Positions 29,466 to 38,999 of a DNA stretch of 64,000 nt are shown here, in pieces; position 1 is the stretch's first letter; each line of letters starts with the position of its first letter. The notes beneath the pieces were generated by a model, which was given only the letters and a program-made list of their open reading frames with translations, was not told the DNA's origin and did not search any database. The DNA comes from Deltaproteobacteria bacterium (GTDB taxonomy: Bacteria; Desulfobacterota; GWC2-55-46): NCBI GenBank assembly GCA_016234935.1, contig JACRNL010000011.1:129472-193471 (forward strand), read 5' to 3'. The position numbers and the translations under genes are program-made.

Positions 29466-30896
29466 TTGAAGATACTGTTTATTCTGCCGGACGTTGATTC
29501 GTTCCACAGGCTTAATATACACTTCGGGATAGCCACCCTTGCCGGGTTTCTAAAGGCCAACGGCTATAACGACATTAGATTTCTTGCGGTTACGAGCGTA
29601 GAGGACTATGCGCGCATAATACGCGAGGTGGAGGCGTATAAGCCCGATATCGTAGGGTTTACATCCGTTGAGACGCAGTTCAAGCATGTTATCGCCCTTT
29701 CAGAGAAGATAAAAGAGGCGCATAAATGCATCGTCGTGCTCGGCGGGGTCTTCATCACGCTATTTCCTGAGAGCGTCAAGGACGCAAAGGCCCTTGACGG
29801 GGCCTTTAAGGGCGAGAGCGAACAGGCGCTGCTTAATTTCGTCCGGGCCGTTGAAAATGGGGCGGATTACAGGCAGGTTAATAACTTCTGTTATTACGAT
29901 GAAAAGGAAGGCAGGGTCATCCAGAACAGGCTGTCGCCAATGGAGGACAACCTCGACCTTTTTGGAATACCCGACCGCGGGATATTCGATTTCCAGAGCG
30001 TCATCGACTCCTACGGCGGGGCCGCGCCATTCATGTTCAACCGCGGCTGTCCGTATAACTGCTCGTTTTGCTCCAACCACGCGCTGGCATCCGTCTACGG
30101 CAGGCTGAGCAACAAGACCAGGAGAAGGAGCGTTGACCTGTGCATAAAAGAGATAAAGGGCGTCACTTCGAGCTATAAGCTCGAAGTCATACATGTCTGG
30201 GACGATCTTTTCACATCGCACAGGAAGTGGATGCAGGAGTTCCTTGATAAATACAAAAAAGAGGTCGGGCTGCCTTTCATGTGCACGACGCGGTCAAACC
30301 TCTGCGATGAAGAGCTCTTTAAGGCCCTTAAAGACGGCGGCTGCTACAGGGTGCACATGAGTCTTGAGTCAGGCAACGACTTTGTAAGAAATAAGGTCAT
30401 GAGGAGAAATATCTCAAAGGCGCAGATAGAAAAGTCGTTCGGCCTTGCCCGTAAATACGGAATCGAGGTCAGCGCGTCTTCCATCATCGGTCTGCCGTTT
30501 GAGACCCCGGAAATGATAGATGAGACTATCGGCCTCCTGGGCTCGCTCAAGGTGGAAAGCTGCGGGGTGAATATCTTTCATCCGTATAAGGGTACGCACC
30601 TTTACAAGGTCTGCGAGGAATACGGGATGCTTGTTAAGGAGGATGAGATGCATGGCATCATGGAAAGAAGGGAGAGCATATTGAATCTCCCGCATGTAAG
30701 CAGGGAGAAGCTCAAGCATTACTTTGACAATTTCGAGATGTTGGTGAGGCAGAAGGAAGGCGCCCTGCCTTACCTTAAATGCAGGCTGAAGGCGACCGCG
30801 AAGAAGCTTCTCCCTGAGACCATACAGGGCGTGATAAGGAAGGCACGTAAAAAGAAAGGCAGAGTGCAGGACTTTCCGGACGGTCTTGAGGAATGA
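29466..30896 (+). CDS. Cobalamin (B12)-binding radical SAM protein, class B
   Basis: N-terminal B12-binding domain. CxxxCxxC motif CPYNCSFC. 476 aa. TTG start. Confidence 0.8.
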   Translation: MKILFILPDVDSFHRLNIHFGIATLAGFLKANGYNDIRFLAVTSVEDYARIIREVEAYKPDIVGFTSVETQFKHVIALSEKIKEAHKCIVVLGGVFITLFPESVKDAKALDGAFKGESEQALLNFVRAVENGADYRQVNNFCYYDEKEGRVIQNRLSPMEDNLDLFGIPDRGIFDFQSVIDSYGGAAPFMFNRGCPYNCSFCSNHALASVYGRLSNKTRRRSVDLCIKEIKGVTSSYKLEVIHVWDDLFTSHRKWMQEFLDKYKKEVGLPFMCTTRSNLCDEELFKALKDGGCYRVHMSLESGNDFVRNKVMRRNISKAQIEKSFGLARKYGIEVSASSIIGLPFETPEMIDETIGLLGSLKVESCGVNIFHPYKGTHLYKVCEEYGMLVKEDEMHGIMERRESILNLPHVSREKLKHYFDNFEMLVRQKEGALPYLKCRLKATAKKLLPETIQGVIRKARKKKGRVQDFPDGLEE

Positions 30897-30909
30897 TAGA
30901 AGGTATGGC

Positions 30910-31680
30910 ATGAGCCGCATCATGAACGGCATTAAGAGAAGGCTCAGGAATATCTCCAAGCTCAAGGGCGCGTGGAGGCCCGGGTTTTTGTGGCTTTATA
31001 AAAACCGTTATCTCCGTATGGACGCCAACGTCGACATAAACGACTTAAGGCGGCGGCGCTTCCATCTGGACCGCTACGAGTTCGCCGCGCGCTCGATACA
31101 GGAGATTAAAAAGGCGGGCGCGTCCATACTCGACGCCGCATGCGGCACCGGCTACGGGACGAATATCCTTGAAAAGAGCGGGGCAGGGCGCGTGATAGGC
31201 GTTGACATAAGCCCTGAGGCAATAGAATACGCGCAGAAGAAATACGGTAGCGGAGTCGCGTCTTTTAAGGCGTCGGACGTGAGTAAGCTCGATAAGGCCG
31301 CGCTTTGCGCGGACGGCTTTGACGCTGTCGTGTCGTTCGAGACCATAGAGCATATCGATGATCCGCTGGCATTTTTAAAGTGCGTAGCCGGCCTGCTTAA
31401 AAAAGACGGCATCTTCATAGTCTCCACCCCGAATAAATGGGGCGTAACAAAAGACCACAAGATAGACTACGATTACGGGTTGTTCAGGGATCATCTGGAA
31501 AAGTTTTTTGAAATAGAATCCATATGGGCGCAAAACAGCGGCTGCATGGAGGAGTGGATAAACAGGGGACAGGAAAGAAGGCTCATAAGGGCGGCTCCGC
31601 AGAATATCGAAGAGGCCGAATGTTTTCTCGCCATATGCAGGCAAAAGTCAACAAAGCCCGCGGACGCTGAAAAAAGATGA
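30910..31680 (+). CDS. Class I SAM-dependent methyltransferase
   Basis: Motif I ILDAACGTGYG. Start chosen at ATG 30910 (SD gaagg). The ORF is also open from 30886. Confidence 0.7.
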   Translation: MSRIMNGIKRRLRNISKLKGAWRPGFLWLYKNRYLRMDANVDINDLRRRRFHLDRYEFAARSIQEIKKAGASILDAACGTGYGTNILEKSGAGRVIGVDISPEAIEYAQKKYGSGVASFKASDVSKLDKAALCADGFDAVVSFETIEHIDDPLAFLKCVAGLLKKDGIFIVSTPNKWGVTKDHKIDYDYGLFRDHLEKFFEIESIWAQNSGCMEEWINRGQERRLIRAAPQNIEEAECFLAICRQKSTKPADAEKR

Positions 31681-32708
31681 CCGTAATGGCAGACATAGAC
31701 GCAGGGCCGCCTATTTTCCGGCACACAGGCAGGGCGCACATCAGGCTCGGCAAGGGGCAAAAGGCCGTCCGCGACGCGCTCATTGGAAAACTTGATCAAG
31801 GTATATACCGGCTTGAAGAGGTCAAGTGCCTGTGCGGCATGACGGAGGATGTTGTTATTTCCGAGACCGACAGATACGGTCTGCCGCTTAAGACCGTCAT
31901 ATGCACTTACTGCGGCCTTCTGAGGACAAACCCGAGGCTTGACGCAGGTTCGCTTGACGGTTTCTACGCGAACGAATACCGGGACCTGTACATGGGGGCC
32001 GACTACGGCGACATGGACAGCTACTTTCTCGACATGGCCGCAAGGGGACGGGAAGCGCTTGACCTCATTAGAAAGACCGCGCCCTGGGTTGACCTGAAAA
32101 AGGCCGATGTGCTTGAGGTCGGCTGCTCCGCCGGCGGCGTGCTCTTTCCTTTTCTCGAGGCGGGCGCAAGGGTCAAGGGGTTTGACCATGACAGGCGCTA
32201 TCTGGATTACGGCAATAAGCGGGAACCGGCATTGAATCTTCTGCCGGGCGGCGTGGAAACGCTTGAAAAGGAAGATTGCAAATACGATATCATCTTGATA
32301 AACCACGTCATGGAGCACCTTGCCGATCCCGCGGGCGCGGCCTCGGCGGCAAGAAAGAGGCTCAAGCCGGGCGGGCTTTGCTATGTCTCCGTGCCCGGCC
32401 TGAAGAACCCCGCTTACTACAACAGCCCCGTAAAAAGTTTTTTAGGCTCGCTTCACATAGGGCATCTATGGCATTTTTCAAGGCTGACGCTTCGGCGCCT
32501 GTTAAAGGACTTTGACATGCTTTATATAGACGACGAAGTGCGGGCCGTATGCGCCTTGTCGCGGGCGGGAAGAGTTGAAAAGGATTTTCCGTCAGAGTAT
32601 GCATCGAACATGGAATTTATCCGGGACTATGAAAATGCCTTTGCGTGGAAGTTAAGGCGCGCAAGGAACGTCATTAGAAATATCCGCCATTTGATCAAGC
32701 TCGTGTAG
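31677..32708 (+). CDS. Class I SAM methyltransferase with N-terminal zinc ribbon
   Basis: CLCG...CTYCG zinc ribbon, then motif I VLEVGCSAGG. 343 aa. Same architecture as 23791-24687. Confidence 0.7.
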   Translation: MTVMADIDAGPPIFRHTGRAHIRLGKGQKAVRDALIGKLDQGIYRLEEVKCLCGMTEDVVISETDRYGLPLKTVICTYCGLLRTNPRLDAGSLDGFYANEYRDLYMGADYGDMDSYFLDMAARGREALDLIRKTAPWVDLKKADVLEVGCSAGGVLFPFLEAGARVKGFDHDRRYLDYGNKREPALNLLPGGVETLEKEDCKYDIILINHVMEHLADPAGAASAARKRLKPGGLCYVSVPGLKNPAYYNSPVKSFLGSLHIGHLWHFSRLTLRRLLKDFDMLYIDDEVRAVCALSRAGRVEKDFPSEYASNMEFIRDYENAFAWKLRRARNVIRNIRHLIKLV

Positions 32709-32743
32709 TTTCAGGCCAGACCTTTGCCAGACATCCGAGGGAT

Positions 32744-33673
32744 ATGTCAAAAATACCGGAACCGGTAAAATACATAGGCAAAAAATATATCCTCAACCTC
32801 ATCAAGAGGAAGAGGCTCGCGGCTCCGCCTTTTCCGCCCGAGTTGTGGATAGAGAACACCAACCACTGCAACGCGCGGTGCGTTATGTGTCCGCGCGATC
32901 TGCACACGCGCCCTCTGGGCATCATGAAGCTTTCTTTGTTTACGCGGCTCATGAGCGAGGCGTCCGCGCACGCCGCGAAAATAAAGAGGGTGCACCTGCA
33001 TAATTACGGAGAGCCGCTCTTGGACAAAGACCTGCCTGAGAGGATAAGGCTGGCTAAAAGGGCCGGCATAAAAGAGGTCTATTTTGTCACCAACGCGTCG
33101 CTCCTTACTCCCGAAAAATCGAAAGAGATAATCGAAGCGGGCCTTGATGAGTTCAAGATAAGTTTTTACGGCACGGACAGGGAAACTTACAACGCGACGA
33201 TGAGGGAGCTTGATTTTGACAGGTCTATCCAGAACGTCAGAGATTTCTTCAGCGTGCGCCGGAAGCTCAAGGCCCGGCGTCCCGGCGTCATCATCCAGTA
33301 TCTCGTCCAGCCGTTGAATATGGCCAAGACAGGGGAGTTTCTTGCAATATTCAAGCCGCTTGTAAATAAAGAGCTTGGCGACAGCCTCAGCATATGCCAT
33401 CTGCATAACTTCGGCGGCGGGCGTGATTACAGGAAGACGGCGAGGATTTCCGGCATCTGCAACTATCCGTGGCGGACGATAGTCATCCTGCACGACGGAA
33501 GGGTCGTGACATGCTGTCTGGATTATAACGGCCTGCAGGTAATGGGCGACGTCAACAAACAAACGATAGAGGAGATATGGAACGGGGACGCCTACCAAAA
33601 GGCAAGGGAGAGTTTCAAGAGGCTTGACTACGGCGGCTATCCTGTGTGCTTAAAGTGCGACATAATAAGATAA
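32744..33673 (+). CDS. Radical SAM protein with C-terminal SPASM/twitch-like Cys cluster
   Basis: CxxxCxxC motif CNARCVMC. C-terminal Cys-rich segment ...VTCCLDY...YPVCLKCD. 309 aa. Confidence 0.75.
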   Translation: MSKIPEPVKYIGKKYILNLIKRKRLAAPPFPPELWIENTNHCNARCVMCPRDLHTRPLGIMKLSLFTRLMSEASAHAAKIKRVHLHNYGEPLLDKDLPERIRLAKRAGIKEVYFVTNASLLTPEKSKEIIEAGLDEFKISFYGTDRETYNATMRELDFDRSIQNVRDFFSVRRKLKARRPGVIIQYLVQPLNMAKTGEFLAIFKPLVNKELGDSLSICHLHNFGGGRDYRKTARISGICNYPWRTIVILHDGRVVTCCLDYNGLQVMGDVNKQTIEEIWNGDAYQKARESFKRLDYGGYPVCLKCDIIR

Positions 33674-33707
33674 CCCCTGTCAGCGGTGAAAAGCGTCATT
33701 ACAAAAT

Positions 33708-33734
33708 CCCCTTGAAGGGGCTGAGCCCCCTTAG
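33708..33734. repeat. Repeat family R1 copy (partial)
   Basis: ccccttgaaggggctgagcccccttag; compare 28463-28511. Confidence 0.8.
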
Positions 33735-33769
33735 CCCTCTTTTCCAAAGGTGGGAAATAAAAATATGAG

Positions 33770-35590
33770 ATGATGAAAATAATCCGTTTGTCAGATATTG
33801 GAAGGCTTCCGGTCTTGGACGCGGCTAAGGCGCGTCAATGCTGTTTTGTTGACCTTATAGGCGGCCTCGTGCGTCGCGGCGGCGCGCCTGTGCGCGGCGG
33901 CATCAGGGAGATAAGGCTTGAAGGGCTTACGCCGGCGGAGAAGAAAATCTGCCGGCTGGATTATATCGACGCGATAGCCGGGCTTGGCGCGGACTTTTCC
34001 TCGCCTGAGTGGTGGGCAAACGCAGCCTCTGAAAAAAACGAGCACACGTCAGAGCACTTTAAAAACCTGTGTCTGTTTTACTTACTTGTAAAGGCCCTGA
34101 AGGCTGTTGATGACGTAATCGTCTACGTCGTATGTAACGACGCGGTGGCCCTGCAGCTTTGGGCGTGGTGCGGCCGCGCAGGCATAAAGATAACCGGCGT
34201 GGGAAAGCGGCCCTTTGTTACGGGGCGGTTTGATGAAGGGGTAAGGACGTTTAAGGCAGTGAAGGCGGCCTTTGGTGTTGCTATAAGGGCGGTAGTCCGT
34301 AAACTCTACCTGTTCGTTGTCGCGGGGGCGCATATAAGAAAAAACCTTGACCGGACAAAGGACTATTATGTAATAAGGTCATGGATAAACAAGGACGCGC
34401 TCAGACAGTGCGTTTATGCGAAAGACCCGTATTTCGGCAGGCTCCCGGAGACGGCCGTTGAAAGGGGTTTTAATACGCTGATAGTCGCGGGCATACTAAA
34501 CAACTTCACTGAAACCGTCCGGGGATTGAAGAGAGTTGATGCACTTATCGTCCCTGAGGAATATTTTTTGAGCCTTTCTGATATCGTCCGTGCCTTGTTT
34601 CGTCTTAGCCTTAGAAGGACGCGCCTTAAAAGGCCAGTGATGTTCAGCGGAGTTGACGTATCGGCGATATACGAGGCCGAGATAGAAAAGGGGTATCTGG
34701 ACGCCTCTTACACAAAGAACATCCTCAGGTATTTCATTGCCGCAAGGCTTGCGTGTTCCATAAGGTTCGGCCTGTACACACAGACATATGAAAACTACGC
34801 GTGGGAAAAAATGATGATACTCGGCATACGTAAAAACAGGCCGCAGGCGAGGATACTCGGCTTCCAGCACGCGTTCGTGTCGGAGGATTCGTTCAAGTAT
34901 TTTACAGGCGCAAAGGAAAGGGATATCGCACCGCTGCCCGACGGTATCATCACAATGGGCAGGGCGACGAAAAATATTCTTCAAAGTTACGGCAATTACC
35001 CTGCGGGCATTTTGACCGAGGGATGCGCCCTCAGGCAGGAGTATCTTGCCGGGGTAAAGATTTTTAACAGGCGGCGCTTTGGCAGGGTGGTCGTGCCGCT
35101 GACCATGATCGCGAAGGAGAGCGCATTGACGCTTGATTTCCTTTGCTCGTCGGGCCTTGCGTCCTCGGGCATAAAGGTTATTGTAAGGTGCCACCCGGCT
35201 GCCCCGTTTGAGACCTTTCAAAGACTCCTTGCCGAGGAGTTGCCGGACAGCTTCGTCTTTGACAGCGCGCGGAGCGTTGAGGAGGAGTTGAGGCAATCAG
35301 ACATGGTGCTTTACACATGGACGACCGTGGCGGCGGAGGCGCTTAGGATGGGCCTGCCGGTCATTTACCTCGACGTGCTTTCTCCCCTGCGCGTTGATCC
35401 GCTCTTTGAATGCGATGCGCTTAAAAAAAGCGTCAGCGTGCCTGAAGGGCTTATTCCTGCGATGGATGGTTTTTATAACATGACGGACGAAGCGTTCAGC
35501 GCCGAGCAGGCCGGCGCGCAGAGTTATCTAAAGGATTATTTTTATCCGGTGACGCCGAAAAATCTTGCTCCATTTTTTCCAGGACAATGA
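33770..35590 (+). CDS. Large hypothetical protein with GT-B-like C-terminal signature (putative glycosyltransferase), 606 aa
   Basis: C-terminal ...SDMVLYTWTTVAAEALRMGLPVIYLD. Third member of the large-protein set, alongside the 20199 and 24684 genes. Confidence 0.45.
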   Translation: MMKIIRLSDIGRLPVLDAAKARQCCFVDLIGGLVRRGGAPVRGGIREIRLEGLTPAEKKICRLDYIDAIAGLGADFSSPEWWANAASEKNEHTSEHFKNLCLFYLLVKALKAVDDVIVYVVCNDAVALQLWAWCGRAGIKITGVGKRPFVTGRFDEGVRTFKAVKAAFGVAIRAVVRKLYLFVVAGAHIRKNLDRTKDYYVIRSWINKDALRQCVYAKDPYFGRLPETAVERGFNTLIVAGILNNFTETVRGLKRVDALIVPEEYFLSLSDIVRALFRLSLRRTRLKRPVMFSGVDVSAIYEAEIEKGYLDASYTKNILRYFIAARLACSIRFGLYTQTYENYAWEKMMILGIRKNRPQARILGFQHAFVSEDSFKYFTGAKERDIAPLPDGIITMGRATKNILQSYGNYPAGILTEGCALRQEYLAGVKIFNRRRFGRVVVPLTMIAKESALTLDFLCSSGLASSGIKVIVRCHPAAPFETFQRLLAEELPDSFVFDSARSVEEELRQSDMVLYTWTTVAAEALRMGLPVIYLDVLSPLRVDPLFECDALKKSVSVPEGLIPAMDGFYNMTDEAFSAEQAGAQSYLKDYFYPVTPKNLAPFFPGQ

Positions 35591-36465
35591 CGGCAGGTAG
35601 CATGAAGTCAAAATACAGTTCCACGAAAATGTTTATGCAGAGGCTCTCGGACAGGATGAAGGCGGTCAGCAACGTCTTCAGGAAGATGGCGCTTTCTACT
35701 CCTGTCGGCGCGAACCTTTCTCTCGGCCGCATGGAGAGGAAAAATCCTCTGTTCGAGGCCGTTGAGATAGAGACAACTACCATATGCAACAGGAAGTGCT
35801 CCTACTGTCCGAACGCGAATTTGGCAAGGCCGGCAAAAAACATGGACGAGGCGCTGTTTCGTTCCATCATAGACAGCCTCGGCGAGATAGGCTTTTCCGG
35901 CAGGGTCTCTCCGCACTTTTACGGCGAGCCTCTTGTTGACAAGCGTATACTGAAGTTTCTTGCGTACACGAGGGAAAGGCTCCCGAAGGCGCTTATAAAG
36001 CTCTTTACAAACGGCGACCTCTTGACCTATGAACTTTTTTTAAAGCTCCTTGACGCCGGGGTTGACGTGGTCAGGATAGCGCAGCATGATCCCCGGCCGC
36101 CGAAGACAGTTGTTGAAACTCTCAGGAGGATAAAAGAAAACGGCCTCATGCGGCATGTCGAGTACGTGAAGTATTATAATAATGAAAAGGATTTGACGAA
36201 CAGGGGCGGCCTCGTTGACGTGAAGCCGTCTAAAAGAAAGATATTCTGCGACTATGTCTCGTGCGCCACGGTGGACTACGAGGGGAACGTCCTTCTTTGC
36301 TGTCAGGACTATCTGTCCAAGCACAGGTTCGGGAATCTCAAAAAGGAAAGGCTCGTTGACGTATGGAACAACGCGCGCTACAAGGCGCTGCGTGACAAGA
36401 TAAAATGCGGCATGTGGCCGCTTGAGATATGCAGGGTTTGCGCCGGAGTGCGGAAGGCGTCCTGA
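35587..36465 (+). CDS. Radical SAM protein with C-terminal SPASM/twitch-like Cys cluster
   Basis: CxxxCxxC motif CNRKCSYC. C-terminal ...VLLCCQDY...CGMWPLEICRVCAG. 292 aa. Paralogous in architecture to the 32744 gene. Confidence 0.75.
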   Translation: MTAGSMKSKYSSTKMFMQRLSDRMKAVSNVFRKMALSTPVGANLSLGRMERKNPLFEAVEIETTTICNRKCSYCPNANLARPAKNMDEALFRSIIDSLGEIGFSGRVSPHFYGEPLVDKRILKFLAYTRERLPKALIKLFTNGDLLTYELFLKLLDAGVDVVRIAQHDPRPPKTVVETLRRIKENGLMRHVEYVKYYNNEKDLTNRGGLVDVKPSKRKIFCDYVSCATVDYEGNVLLCCQDYLSKHRFGNLKKERLVDVWNNARYKALRDKIKCGMWPLEICRVCAGVRKAS

Positions 36466-36508
36466 GTCGTCTGTTAGTCTATGCCCGCCGCAGGCGGGAA
36501 TTAAATAT

Positions 36509-36538
36509 TTGCTAATTATGGCTGTAATAAGTATAATA
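36509..36538 (+). promoter_or_regulatory. Putative sigma70-type promoter (TTGCTA - 18 nt - TATAAT), preceded by GC hairpin cccgccgcaggcggg at 36484-36498
   Basis: Seen directly in the 187-bp spacer before the GT4 gene. Weak call. Confidence 0.35.
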
Positions 36539-36652
36539 TTTTGGCTTGAAAGGCTGCAAGCAGCGCGGTTTTTGAAGGAGTTTTCGCTGTTTTTTCCGCT
36601 TTGAGCCTGTTCTGATACGGCGGCACGCCGGATATCCGTCACCGGAATTGTT

Positions 36653-37825
36653 ATGCCTAAAATACTCTACATTACGGCGCGTTCCGATTACGGCGGCGGG
36701 CCTGAGCAGATGCACCTCTTGATCAAGAGGCTCTCCGCCGCATTCAAGGTCTACGTGGCCTGTCCAAACGACGTCCCTTACTTCGCAATCTTCGGAAAGT
36801 ATGCCGAGGTGCTGGAGATACCCTGCAGGAAGTTTTCGGTCGCAAGCCTTATCGCCCTTTACAAAGCGGTCAGGGAAAAGGATATAGACATAATTCATTC
36901 GCACGGCAGGGGGGCGGGCGTGTATGCCAGGCTCCTTGGGGCCATGACCCGCAAACCCGTTGTCCATACCTTTCAGGGGGTGCATCTGTGGCACCTCAGC
37001 CCGCTAAGGAAATTTCTTTATCTCTTTGTTGAAAAGGCCTTTGCCAGGGTCACGGACGTATTCATCAACGTCTCGGAGTCCGAGAGAAAGACCTGCGAAA
37101 ACGCCAATTTTTATTCCAGGAAGTTCAGGGTCGTGCCAATCGGCGTCGAGGTGCCGCCCATGCGCCGCCCCCCGCTTGATACACGCGAGGGCAGGGTAAG
37201 GCCTGACAGGCGCAGGTTTACGCTGATAAATATTTCGAGGCTCTCTTTCGAGAAGGGCGTTGACGTGCTTTTAAAAGTGGTAAAGGCGCTGGCGGACTCA
37301 GGGGCTGACTTCAAGCTCCTCCTCGCGGGCGACGGCCCTGAGCGCAAAAAGCTCGAAAAGGACGCAAAGGCCCTTGGCATCGAAAAATACGTGGTGTTCT
37401 ACGGGGCCGTCAGCGACGCGGACAAGCTGAGGCTCCTTGAGTCAGCCCACGTCTTCATGAACACGTCAAGGTGCGAGGGCATGCCGATCGCCGTTCTTGA
37501 GGCGATGGCAAGGTCTTTGCCCGTCGTTGCCACGGACGTGGCCGGCAACAAAGACGTGGTCATAAGCGGGGAAAACGGCTTTCTGTTCGACATAACGAGG
37601 CCTGAGGAAGGGGCGCGGCGGATAGTCGAGCTTATGAGAACCCCGGCGCTCTACGAACAGATGTCAACGGGCGCCTACCGGACCATGACTGAAAAATTCT
37701 CCGTTGAAACGATGTGCGAAAGCACGAAGGAAATATATATGTCCCTGCTTGGCGCCGTCAAAAAAAAAGGCGCGCTGCCGGGCAAGGCATACAGGGATAA
37801 GGCCGCAGCGGTCAATGCAAAATAA
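36653..37825 (+). CDS. Family 4 glycosyltransferase (GT4, GT-B)
   Basis: 390 aa. E-x7-E-type C-terminal region ...GMPIAVLEAMARSLPVVATDVAGNKDVV. Overall length fits RfaG/WcaL-like GT4. Confidence 0.8.
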   Translation: MPKILYITARSDYGGGPEQMHLLIKRLSAAFKVYVACPNDVPYFAIFGKYAEVLEIPCRKFSVASLIALYKAVREKDIDIIHSHGRGAGVYARLLGAMTRKPVVHTFQGVHLWHLSPLRKFLYLFVEKAFARVTDVFINVSESERKTCENANFYSRKFRVVPIGVEVPPMRRPPLDTREGRVRPDRRRFTLINISRLSFEKGVDVLLKVVKALADSGADFKLLLAGDGPERKKLEKDAKALGIEKYVVFYGAVSDADKLRLLESAHVFMNTSRCEGMPIAVLEAMARSLPVVATDVAGNKDVVISGENGFLFDITRPEEGARRIVELMRTPALYEQMSTGAYRTMTEKFSVETMCESTKEIYMSLLGAVKKKGALPGKAYRDKAAAVNAK

Positions 37826-37876
37826 GCGGCCCCCGCTTAGGGCACGCGAGGGCAGGAACGGTTTGATAGGACGAGG

Positions 37877-37913
37877 GTTGAACCCCCTGAGGGGGTTCGA
37901 CCCCTTCAAGGGG
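37877..37913. repeat. Repeat family R1 copy, inverted orientation
   Basis: aaccccctgagggggttcgaccccttcaagggg is the reverse complement of the 28463 element. Confidence 0.8.
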
Positions 37914-37918
37914 CATGA

Positions 37919-38929
37919 ATGTTTATGAAGAATAAAAAGATACTCGTCACAGGCGCGGACGGTTTTATCGGGTCGCATCTCACGGAGGAGCTTGTGCGCC
38001 GCGGTTTTACGGTCAAGGCCTTTGTCATGTATAATTCCTTTAATTCATGGGGATGGCTCGACAGGTCCGAGCCGGAGATTTTAAAATCAATCGAGGTCTT
38101 CGCGGGCGACATCAGGGACCCCCACGGCGTGAGGAACGCCATGAAGGGCTGCGACGTGGTGATGCACCTTGCCGCGCTCATAGCCATACCGTACTCCTAC
38201 CACTCCCCTGACACATACGTTGACACGAACGTCAAGGGCACGCTGAACGTGGTGCAGGCCGCGAGGGAGCTGGGGACAAGCAGGGTCGTGCATACCTCGA
38301 CGAGCGAAGTCTACGGCACGGCGAGGTTCGTGCCCATTACCGAGGAGCATCCTTTACAGGGGCAGTCGCCGTATTCGGCCTCCAAGATAGGCGCCGACCA
38401 TATAGCCATGTCCTTTCACAGCTCCTTTGAAACGCCGGTTGTTGTTTTGAGGCCGTTCAACACATACGGGCCGCGCCAGTCGGCAAGGGCCGTCATACCG
38501 GCGATAATAACCCAGATAGCAAGCGGCGCAAGGAGCCTGAAGCTCGGGGCAATCCACCCCACCAGGGACTTTAACTACATCTCGGACATCGTCCGCGGTT
38601 TTATTGCCGCGGCGGAATCCGACGGGGCGGTCGGCGAGGTCATTAACTGCGGAAGCGGCTTCGAGATTTCCATCGGTGATACCGTCCGCATGATAGCGGA
38701 TATAATGGGCGCTGAATGCGAGATACAGACCGACAATGAGCGTCTGCGCCCGGCAGGGAGCGAGGTCGAGCGCCTGCTGGCCGACAATTCCAAGGCAAAG
38801 CGCATCATGGGATGGACGCCCGCATACGCCGGCATGGAAGGCCTGAGGCGCGGCCTTGGCGAGACGATAGAATGGTTTCGCAATCCTGAGAATCTCAAGT
38901 CCTACAAGGCCGGCCTGTATAATATCTGA
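37919..38929 (+). CDS. NAD-dependent epimerase/dehydratase (SDR, CDP-sugar pathway; possibly CDP-paratose-2-epimerase/tyvelose-epimerase-like)
   Basis: ILVTGADGFIGSHL Rossmann motif, YxxxK (YSASK). Internal YNSFNSWGWLD segment resembles CDP-paratose 2-epimerase-type enzymes, from memory only. Confidence 0.7.
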   Translation: MFMKNKKILVTGADGFIGSHLTEELVRRGFTVKAFVMYNSFNSWGWLDRSEPEILKSIEVFAGDIRDPHGVRNAMKGCDVVMHLAALIAIPYSYHSPDTYVDTNVKGTLNVVQAARELGTSRVVHTSTSEVYGTARFVPITEEHPLQGQSPYSASKIGADHIAMSFHSSFETPVVVLRPFNTYGPRQSARAVIPAIITQIASGARSLKLGAIHPTRDFNYISDIVRGFIAAAESDGAVGEVINCGSGFEISIGDTVRMIADIMGAECEIQTDNERLRPAGSEVERLLADNSKAKRIMGWTPAYAGMEGLRRGLGETIEWFRNPENLKSYKAGLYNI

Positions 38930-38999
38930 GCCGCGTTTCGCGGCATGATGATTTTTGTTTGCGAGGGCGTATGCTGATTTTAAGATGGAGGGCAGGGCT

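Noticed and set aside
33770-35590. Interpreting the three large unknown proteins as Maf/DUF115 flagellin nonulosonate transferases
   Set aside because: No flagellin or flagellar genes in the window, and no DUF115-type motif recognisable by eye. Only the GT-B-like C-terminal signature is supportable.
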